From contig OX597830.1 in assembly GCA_951406725.2 (NCBI GenBank), positions 58,714,001 through 58,778,000 on the forward strand: a stretch of DNA of 64,000 nucleotides, in the 5' to 3' direction. The first letter of the stretch is position 1. Each line of letters begins with the position of its first letter. Made by a program: the position numbers and the translations under genes. The DNA is from Octopus vulgaris (taxonomy: Eukaryota). The notes beneath the pieces are model-generated. The model searched no databases. It saw nothing but the letters and a program-made list of their open reading frames with translations, and had not been told where the DNA came from. Below are positions 1 through 10,725 of this stretch, in pieces.

Positions 1-191
1 TACTTCATTTATCGACTCCGAAAGGATGAAGGGCAAAGTCGACTTTGGAATTTAAACTTAGAACTTAAAGACAGACGAAACACCGCTAAGCATTTCACCC
101 GGCGTGCTAACCATTCTGCCAGCTTGCCGCCTTATGTCACGAAGATCGTTCATTTCTTATCACTGCTTAGCGATGTGTGCGTGTGTGTGTG

Positions 192-265
<74 letters not shown>

Positions 266-284
266 CATAGAGAGAGAGAGAGAT

Positions 285-565
285 ATGGCCCAGTGGTTAG
301 GGCAGCGGATTCGCGGTTTCGATTCCCAGACCGGGCGTTGTGAGTGTTTATTGAGCGAAAACGCCTAAACCTCCACGAGGCTCTGGCAGGGGGGGGGGGG
401 GGCGATCCCTGCTGTACTCTTTCGCCACAACTTTCTCTCACTCTTTCATCTGTTGGCCTGCTCGCTTAGCCAGCGGGGTGGCGTGATTTGAAGGCTAAAA
501 CAATGCAAAGCGCATTGTGACCAGCGATGTGTAGCAACATCTGATAGCCTGGTCGGTCACGTGAT

Positions 566-570
<5 letters not shown>
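285..570 (+). mobile_element. tRNA-derived SINE (family also at 56513-56876)
   Basis: tggcccagtggttag A-box and tttcgattccc B-box-like head; 5' half shared with 56513 copy. Confidence 0.75.
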
Positions 571-614
<44 letters not shown>

Positions 615-904
615 CACATACACATGAATTCATTTTGTAAGATCCTGATATGAAACCGTGTGTTGAAACGGATATCGTTGTATTTCGGGCTGGTCATTTT
701 TTTTCTTAGAAGAACAGAATGGAGCAAATGGAACAAGAATACGCACAAAAACGGAAAGTGTCGCTGAAGAGGTCACAGATGCATGACGAAAGATTTCCGG
801 GCAATGGACATGAATTAAAATAAAATAAAAAATTAAGAACAGCAATACACGAGTGAAGAAAAAGATATATAGCGCGTGTGTTTATTTGGGGGGAATGGCC
901 GTCC

Positions 905-1135
905 CGATATATATGTTTGTCTTTATATTCAGTTATAATAATAAAAAAAATTATATTAATCTAATGAGTTACTTTATACTTTTGTAGAGTACGAATTCAT
1001 CATTCTTAAACAAGATCATTGATAGTGACTTCGAAGTTTCGGACAGTAAAGCCACCGTTGGACTGTCCGATGATGGTTTAACTGGCCGAAACTTCGAAGT
1101 CACCGTCAATAATATTCTTGTTTAAGAACAATAAG
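905..1135. mobile_element. Fold-back element with hammerhead-like motif (solo relative at ~30235-30375)
   Basis: Imperfect palindrome centred on 1064 (arms ~1003-1063 and 1065-1128) with extra tail on the left. Confidence 0.65.
1065..1103 (+). ncRNA. Type I hammerhead ribozyme-like motif, stem I truncated
   Basis: gt-CCGATGA-t-ggtttaactggcc-GAAAC-ttcgaa-GTC-ac; palindromic stem III acttcgaagt. Confidence 0.55.
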
Positions 1136-1175
1136 TAAAAGCGCGCATACACATATATATGCATCTATACATATT

Positions 1176-1207
<32 letters not shown>

Positions 1208-1385
1208 TGTATGTATGTATGTATGTATGTATGTGTGTGTGTAAGAAATATCAAAGTTTACGTTTAGGTTGATCTCTAGCTGCACTTCCTTTCTTTCATT
1301 TGGGAGAAAGAAAATGGAGCGAAGGATGCTTTTACTCATATTTTCTTTTGTAAGATCATATTTTGTTTAGCGGAAGTAGAGTAAA

Positions 1386-1840
1386 CGGCGGCGAACTGGC
1401 AGAGTGGTTAGCAGGCCGGGCGAAATGCGTAGCAGTATTTCGTCTGCCGTTACGTTCTGAGCTCAAATTCCGCCGAGGTCGACTTTGCCTTTCATCCTTT
1501 CGGGGTCGATTAAATAAATACCAGTTACGCATTGGGGTCGATACAATCGACTTAATCCGTTTGTCTGTCCTTGTTTATCCCCTCTGTGTTTAGCCCCCCT
1601 ATGGGCAATAAAGAAATATAATTCTTTACTACCCACAAGGGGCTAAACACAGAGGGGATAAACAAGGACAGACAAGCGGATTAAGTCGATTACCAGTGCG
1701 TAACTGGTACTTAATTTATCGATCCCGAAAGGATGAAAGGCAAAGTCGGCCTCGGCGGAATTTGAACCCAGAACGTAACGGCAGACGAAATACTGCTACG
1801 CATTTCGCCCGGCGTGCTAACCACTCTGCCAGTTCGCCGC
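1386..1840. mobile_element. Two copies of the major tRNA-derived SINE, tail to tail (+ 1386-1618, - 1621-1840)
   Basis: ggcggcga.ctggcaga...gtcgactttgcctttcatcctttcggggtcgat core and its reverse complement. Confidence 0.85.
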
Positions 1841-2353
1841 AGAGTATGCGAATGGATGTTCTATCGTGTCTTATCGATCGTGAGTTGAGACGAGCAGTGG
1901 AAGTTGTAGGAAGTTTCTGAACAGAACATGTTCTTTTGCATTGCTACATATTACTGATCTGTCGGGAATATGTATCAAGAAATGTTATAGAAACTAAACT
2001 GGCAAATTAGACAATGGTGGGCACGAACTTTTCCACGAATCTGTTTTATGCAAAGAATACGAAAGTCTTCAGATGACCTTTATGAGTTAGGAGGTATTTA
2101 AATGTTTTCATTTTATGTTAATAAGGTTAGAAAAAATGTCATCTTCTTTCAACAGTCTAACGCCATCTTTTTTTTTGTGATGACGTTTTACTCACAAACA
2201 GAAAAACACTGCTAGTCCTGAAGAGTTATAGGAGAGAGAGAGAGCTTACCATTTGTGTGTGTGTGTGAGTCGTAGTGAATTGAGATGAGGGTAGATATAG
2301 GAAGGACGAAAAGAAGTAGACAATTCATTAAAATCTGGTTCTTTATTTTTCAG

Positions 2354-2965
2354 TGCTTCACTGCTAAAGACATCCTTGGAATCGTTCAACTGAATTCATC
2401 ATCTGATGTCATAACCAGAGAAGAATTTTCAAACTTCTCTTTGGTTTTACTCTACCATTTGCAGAACGTCTCCAATGATTGTCAGTCTCCTAGGGGTTCC
2501 TTCACAAACTATCAAACCAAAATGATGCATTTATTAACGGACGACTCTAAAAGTATATCCAAAATTAAAGTCGACATGTTTCTTCACAAACTTCTAAACC
2601 TCGGCCACCAGGACGACGATGACGATCACAACGAAGACCACGCCGGCCATGGTCATGCTGCACGCTCTAGGGATGGTGGCGATAATCACGATGATCACGA
2701 TCACCATGATGATCATGATGACCACGATGATCATGATGACCACGATGATCATGATGACCACGATGATCATGATGACCACAATGATCATGATGACCACGAT
2801 GATCATGATGATGATCATGATGATGATGACCATGATGATGATGATGATGATCATCATCATGATCATCATGAGGACGATCACGACGATGATGGTAATGGTC
2901 ACGATAATCACGATGATGACCATCATGATGATGATGATGCCTTACCATCAGTTTTCAAGAAAAAG
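2354..2965 (+). CDS. SLC39A12: ZIP12-like exon: ectodomain repeat plus His/Asp-rich tract
   Basis: ttttcag|TGC acceptor; [11 protein letters not shown]...[12 protein letters not shown]...(DDH)n...LPSVFKKK; AAG|gttggt donor; phase 0-0. Confidence 0.85.
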
Positions 2966-4346
2966 GTTGGTAGTTTTTTCACACTGTCTCAGTAAATACT
3001 TTGGAGCATTTAGTTTTAGCCCTTGAATGTACCTTCTACTTTTTCTTTAAATATCAATTCCCATTTTGTTCAAATACTTACTGATATAAGATACAGAGAG
3101 AAAGCTATTAGGTTGTCCTACGACCTGTTAAAATTAGCAGGCAAATGTCCTTCAGATCTTACTTTGAATAAGGTAAAAACACGTTAGATAATGCAATCTT
3201 GCTTAATTTCACAGCTTCTGAGGTGATATTTTTTTGCCCTCCACCCCGCTTCGCAATGTCCCAGAAAATCTGCATTCGTTTTATAAACACAAAGTAAGCT
3301 TTGGCTTTCTGGTGGAGCACGTAATGCAATACTCCATAAAAGGAACTACTGATAACTGCATCACAGAATTGTTTTCCAATGTAATTAGTAAATATTTTCT
3401 CTGGTGACAATGCATTTCTGTAGTATTTCATATATTACTGGTCGAAATGAAGTTCCAATGCTCGATGAATCATACGTATTCAGACAATTGGTTGAATTCA
3501 AAATCCAACGTTCTGAACAATATGACAGCATTCTCGCCATAAATATTACACTGCGCATTTAGAAACGTTTATAGCATAATAAAAGATTAGCTAACGCTCA
3601 TTCTATACAGTGATACGTGGACAAAATTTAAGCGACTTTTTATTTCAGCTTGCTCCTGCACTTATATGCAATCAGATGATCTTCTGAGACAAAAGTTCCC
3701 AATAGATCTACGTAAGATTCTTGTGTACGAGAAACTATTTTAATATATTGATAAAAATAATCCCTGTAGTTGTTTTTAAAACCAACCTGAATTCACGTTT
3801 ATTTTAGAATTTAATTAAAATGCAGGGGTGTATTTTTTAAAGGGTGTATTTTCTAAAACGTAAAATGTTAAGATTTCACACACAAAACTTTAATACAAAC
3901 TTGTTACCATTCCCGATATGCTTGAGGCATAGTCAAACCCATAAGAAAATCATTCATGTACCCAATTAGTAATTCTTGGTGGAATTGTATAATTTTCTGG
4001 TGATTTTGGCCCCTTCTTTGGATTCTATTAAAGGACTGTTTTATTTGTTAGTGTTTCAGTGTTGATATTATTTTGGACCAAGCAGACGTATTAAAAGACG
4101 AGGTCAGCATTTCAGATAAGTTACAACGTATTTCCGAAATTATCGTCGGCCATATATTTTCAAGTGAGTTGAAATTTAAACTTTTATTACTTAATAATAA
4201 AAGGAATCTGGCGAAGTGGCGGAATCGTTAGCACGCCGGGCGAACTGCTTAGCGGTATTCCGTCTGTCGCTACGTTCTGAGTTCAAAATTCCGCCGAGGT
4301 CGCCTTTGTCTTTTATTCTTTCGGGGTCGATTAAATAAGTACCTGT

Positions 4347-4384
<38 letters not shown>

Positions 4385-4854
4385 TATATATATAAATTTG
4401 TAGTGTAATATATAGATTCATAGAAACGTGCGGCTATAACAGAAAGCTCCTCTGGTGGATCCGGCTATCAGACCACACAGTAATCCAATACAATGGAGTA
4501 TAATGCAGAGTTCCGTGTAGCTGGAATTCGGGAGTCCAAATCGATGAAATTATTTCCTCCTGACATTTTACGGTTTACGCACGAACACGCACACACACTG
4601 TTTACTTTATCATATATATATCCTGCTAACTAACTCTGCATTCATTCTTTTCTATTACTTGTTTCTCTTATTAGCTTGCGGCCATGCTGGGGCACCGACC
4701 GCCTTGAATAATTTTAATCGAACGAATCGACCCTAGTACTTTTTTTTAACCTGGTACTTATTCTATCGGTCTTTCTTGCCGAACTGTTAGGTGCGGGTAC
4801 ATAAACATATATCAACACCGGTTATCAAACAGTGACCCCTCCCCGCACACACGC

Positions 4855-4916
<62 letters not shown>

Positions 4917-5446
4917 ACACACGACGAGCTTCTTTCAGTTTCCGTCAACCAAAAACAATCACAAAGGTTTGGTCGGCCCGAGGCTATAGTGGAAGACGCT
5001 TGCCCAAGGTGCCACGCAGTAGAACTGAACCCAGAACCATGTGGCTGGGAAGCAAACTTCTTGCCTTACACATTTTTATCACGGTGCCTTCAGCTGTGTC
5101 TTTTTTTATTGAATACATCTTTTCTTTCCTTTGTTAAAGGTATGTGCTATTCGCCATTCTAAGTATTGCTTTACTCAAAGCTTGTCACAAATTTGGTCTT
5201 AAGTATAAAGTAATTAATTTTCTTTGTAAAGTAAATTGCAACACAATTTTCTTCTTAAACAGGACCACACAAGTGATAAATAATTATTTTCTATCATTAG
5301 GAAGCAAACTGTATCGCCCTACTTTTGACAGAAGTGATGGCGAAGTTTTGTTTTGTTCGTTTAACGAGACAGTTGAAAGAATTTGTGCCTGCTTCTTAAA
5401 TTGCTGCTTGAAATATATAAATATATGAATGTGTGTATTTATGCAT

Positions 5447-5489
<43 letters not shown>

Positions 5490-8472
5490 TGTGTGTGTGT
5501 TTCAACTGTAGACACTTTTAAAGGAATTTTTGAAAAATCACTCTAATGATTATGAACGCATTGCACCTTATAATTTCTATGGGAGACAAATAGAACCAGG
5601 AAAGTAGCTGATGCAGGGAAAGAGACAGTGTCAGGCCCTAATGGCTAATTTCCTCCACATAGGGCAGTAGCAGCGAAACCAACAGGTGGAAAACTGTCAC
5701 TCCATTTTCTATGGCTAGAGAAAGTAGCGAACACAAAGACACAAACAACAACAGCAACAACTGTAAAAATAACAGCAATAACAACTACAGTTGAATTATG
5801 ATGACTACGGAGTGTAGTCACCGCAAGGACAAAAAACAACAGCAGCAGCAGCGACGACCATAGAAAGTAGAACAGCAATTGCGAGGAATTCTTCGTGGCT
5901 TCAGGAAAAATTCAGGACGACGAAAATAATGACAAAGACTTAGGAACGCCAAAAGTGACAATGCAGATTACAAGAACAGAGCTATCGCCACCATCGATAA
6001 CAACAATACGAGCAATTGTGTTGTACTAGTAATAATATGTCCTGGGTATGGTGTGAAATTGCACCCGATTGTGGAGTCGCAACGTGAGAATAATGAGGTT
6101 ACCCCTAAGCTCACCCCGAGAGCATAGGATACCAGGCTGGCGTCTGGTGGGGTAAAAGCCTGTCTCGTGGGGATTCCTTGTTAGCCTTGACCAACCTCTC
6201 TAGAGATGGTGTCCCACTAAAAACACCGGTAGTTGTGTCACCCCATCACAACCCTTACTAGGAGCGAAAATGTCAAATGTATTGACCAACTGTGTGAATG
6301 AAGTTGGAAGTGATAATGGTGAAAATATCTCATCCTGCAGGAGGCCTACTGCACAGCAGGGTAGGCCCGGTCGTCATCTAGCTGCTGTGGCGGTACGAAA
6401 GAAAGGAGGAAAAATCGACTGGAGCGGACTAAATGCAACTGTGATGGAATGTTACATCTGAAGTGAACCTAACAGATTTGGTTACATGGATAGGACGAGA
6501 GAGATATGGCTAGGAAAAGGAATTTTATGATGTAACTTGACAGAGACTAAGTGAGCAAGTAAGACATGGAAGAGAAAGGCTGCTTAATAGAAGTACAAAT
6601 CGAAGAAATCAAACGCAGAATCTACAAGACGGAAAACAGCAATGTAATACGGATCAATGTCATTGATACTGAAAGCAGAGACATGCAGGTTCAGACATCA
6701 TGTATTGGGAGACCCCTAACTGTGTATAAGGAACCAGAACATAACTTTTGCGATGAAGAGCTGGTTATTGCTAGTAGATTACATAATATTACCGAGTCAG
6801 ATGAAAGTAAAAGACTACCATCAATAAGAAAGACTAAGAAGAGCAAAATAGTGAACGGGATACAAATAGTTAAGCAAGTCTTTGGCCAGATTAGAAGTAA
6901 TGATGGCACCATGACCAACAAATGAATGTATACTGCAACAGTGGTAGTAACAGAAAGACTTGGAGCGAAGATATCACAATCCCAAGAGAAAGAAAGAGAA
7001 CCCTGTTGGGAAAAGCGATTGAAGGGGTCTTGCAAAGGTAGAAATTCTTAACAACAGGAAGAAGGTGAAAATTAGATTCCATGAAGCAATCCAAAGAAAG
7101 AACTAGTTGAAACAAAGAAGATATAGTGGAGTAATGGAAGAATTAAAACGAAAGCTTCCAAGATCAAGAGATACAAGAACAGAATTGAACAGTTTAGACA
7201 AAATAAAATGTTTGAAACAGATTAAAGCAAATTTTTATAAGGAACTAAATGGAGATGTTACAGTGAAAGAATCGCAGAACAAGAAAGAGACAAAGGAATT
7301 CTGGAGAAATATTTGGAGCCAAAAGGCAAAGCACAATGACGATGCTGGATGGTTAAAAAAAATAAAGGCAAATAACAGAGATTTGCCAATAGAGAGAAAC
7401 ACAGAGATCTTAGGAGAAAAGTTAGAAAATTCTTGAAACGGATGCCAAACTGGCAATCTTCTGGATCAGAATTTTGGCTAAATCCAGGGATTTTGGTTAA
7501 AATGTTTCACTGCGCTTCATGATGCAATGAAAACACAACCAAATAGTTGTATTGAGACAGGAGATGTCCCTGTATGGATAAAGAAAGGCAGGACGGTTCT
7601 GATATTGAAAGATAAAAAAGAGAGGAAATATAGCAAGTAACTACTGACCAATAACTTATCTTCCACTGATATGGAAGTTGCTAACAGGTGTTATTGCAAA
7701 GGATTCGAGAGACATACAGTAACAGTCTTTAAAATATAGATTATTTGCCAACGTGATGTGGCAGTCCCGGTTGGGATGAATGTCACTGTTGTTTTAGCCC
7801 CAGGAAACATCGTCTCCTGCTGGCTATACGACACACATCTGTGTCCTTATATTTTCGAACAGGGAAGCTCAGCACCCCACTCAGCACAAAGCAATATCTG
7901 TGGACTGCGGTTTCTGGGTTATTTCCCTTCCTCGGGACAGAATAACGACTTGGCTGAGATGGCACTGCTAAATTCCAGTTCGAAAATATATAGTTTTCAA
8001 AGTGATACACAATCACTGATCTACTAAATAGAAACTTTATTAGTTCTAAATGTCTCAACGAGAGACATACAGTAATAGTACTTTAAAGTAAAGATTAGTT
8101 GCCAACATAATGTGACAATCTCGGTACAATAGTGTATGCCTCTCGTTGAGAGATTTAAAAATAATAAAGTTTCTATTTAGTAGATCAGTGATTGTGTATC
8201 ACTTTGAAAACTATATATTTTCGAATGGGAGTTTAGCAGCAGCATCTCAGCCAAGCAGTTATTCTGTGTCGAGGAAGAGAAATAATCCAGAATACACGGT
8301 CCACAGACATTGATTTCTGCTGAGTGGGGGTGCTGGGCTCCCCTGTTCGAAAATATGAGGACACAGATGTGTGTCGTATAGTCAGTTGGAGACGATGTTT
8401 CATGTGGCTAAAACAACAGTAACATTCATCCCAACCGGGACTGCCACATCATGTTGGCAAAACCTATATATC

Positions 8473-8521
<49 letters not shown>

Positions 8522-10677
8522 GTGTGTGTGTGTGTGTGTGTGTTTGTGTTTGCATATATTCTTGAGTAGGGAGACCTGCTGTCAGAAGAACGGAAAGGAT
8601 ACAGAAGAGAGGGGATAAACGAATGAGTGTACATAGATCAGCAATTGGGACATGTTTCTTCAATTACAGCCTTACCCAGAAGAACTGAAAGTTTCTTTTA
8701 AATGAAAATAATCTCTTCTACTTTAGGCACAAGGTTTGAGATTCTGGGGGAGGGTGTCAGTCGATTAAATCAACCTCAGCACGCAACTGGTACTTAATTT
8801 GTGAGAATAATGCAGAATATACAGTTCCAAAAGAAACACGAATTTTTATACTTCTATATAAACTTCCAAGCATCTGCACAATTTCGTTTTTACCTTTGAA
8901 ATCCAATGTGCGTTGCTAGTATTAAATTAAAAAAAAAAGGAAACGTATGCAAATAATATCGAAGAACTTCGGCAGTAATTCGTGAAAGCATCTTTTTTGT
9001 AGATTGTTTATTTTTAAACAATTTCAGCTCAATATAATATCGACTTGTATCTTTTAGCCTCAACCATTCGTGAAAGTTGCCGGTTGTTGCCGAAGAGAAG
9101 TGCGTTTATTAACTACATATTTAAAACTTTTGGATCGAAAAATCACATGTCTACAGATGGTAAGACAATTTCTTTACCAAATTTTTATTGTAATATATTG
9201 TAATATATCTCTGTATAAAACGCAAGCGATGTAGCTGTATTGCTCAGTGAAAATAAACTAGTGGCTTAATGGTAAGGGTATTCGGCTCACGATGGTAGAG
9301 TAGCGAGTTCGATTCCCAGCAATGCATTGTGTCCTTGAGCAAGACTCTTTATTTCACATTACTCCATTCCACTCAGCTGACAAAAGAGTTGTACCTGTAA
9401 TTCAAAAGGGGATCCAGCCTAGTTATATTCTGTGTCACGCTGAATCTCTCTGAGAACTACGTTAAAGGTGTGCGCGTCTGTGGAGTGCTCAGCCACTTGC
9501 ACGGTAATTTCATGTGCAGGCTGTTCCATTGACTGGATCAGCTGGAAGCTTCGTAGTCTTAATCGACGGAGTGCTAGTTAAGTTAACATTATTTAAGAAT
9601 TAAAAGATTACCAGAAAATGAATATTTTATTTCAGTTTGATTTACTTAATTTTGGAGATGTACTTGCATAGAAAATGACCTGATCTGAAATCGTGTGTTG
9701 AAACAAAAATAATTGCAGCATGGAAGGTGTTTATAATCCATTTAAAAACACACACAAAAAAAAAACGTTAGATTCACTTCAACATTTAAATTTAATTTGC
9801 CAAAATATTTTCGTCGCTTTAAGACCGCGACCTGTTCACTGTCAAAATTCCGTGACAAAATTCCATGTTGCATCACGGAATTTTATCAGTGTATTTTTAA
9901 ATGGCTTATAAACACCTTCCACACTGCAATTGTTCCTTAATTATATTAAAACCTTTTGTGTTTTCTAGATTTTAAGAAAGTAATTAAGCAGCTAGGTCTT
10001 GGAACAAAGAATCAAGAAAAAGATGCACATGACCACCAGCATTCCAAGCGAGCAGTTCAGCCGATGAAAAGAGTGAGTGACGTTCTTCCGTGTCATTTTT
10101 TTGTATACGTAAGGCAGCGAGCTGGCAGAATCGTTAGCACGCCGGGGAAAATGGTCAGCGACATTTCGTCTGAGTTCGAATTCCAGCAAGGTCGCCTTTG
10201 CCTTTCGTCTCTATTGGGGTCGATATAAATGACTCACCCCTTCACCCGAAAATTGCTGGCCTTGTGCCAAAATTTGAAACCCGTATCCGGAAAGTTTGCC
10301 ACTGGAAAATTCGACTCAGGATATTTGGACACAAGAAAGTTTGTCGCATTGGAAGTTTTGCTGCAAGACAATTTCACCTAAAAAAAAAGGATAAATTGCT
10401 TCCTTGTCTATTAAATTATTATGGCAAAGTGACAGGGTGGCGGGGGAGGGGGGAGAGAGAGCAAAATAAAGCAATGTAAAAGATTATAATGTTTTCAAAA
10501 AGAAAATTCTGTTTAAATAAAAGTAATTATTTCTTTATTGCCCACAAGTGGTTAAACATGGAGGGAACAAACAAAGGGATTAAGTCGATTACATCGATCC
10601 CAGTGCGTAACTGGTACTTATTTAATCGACCCCGAAAGGATGAAAGGCAAAGTCGACTTCGCTATCATTTCTCAGGC

Positions 10678-10725
<48 letters not shown>

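Noticed and set aside
2285-2353. ATG at 2285 as the ZIP start codon
   Set aside because: No signal peptide and a strong acceptor at 2353; true start is probably upstream of the window
2966-2975. Alternative donor G|gtagtt at 2969 splicing directly to 9969
   Set aside because: In frame, but exons 4052-4163 and 9058-9159 fit the phases and supply expected ectodomain sequence
2594-3026. Alternative-frame and antisense ORFs over the His/Asp tract
   Set aside because: Shadows of the GAT/CAT repeat
3649-3711. Exon-like segment (LAPALIC...) with AG/GT ends
   Set aside because: Stop codon in the required phase
7745-8060. Hammerhead, HDV-like or twister fold in the 353-nt unit (gaaacatcgtc, ctgatcta...gaaac)
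   Set aside because: Could not assemble a complete known ribozyme by eye; left as an unknown structured module
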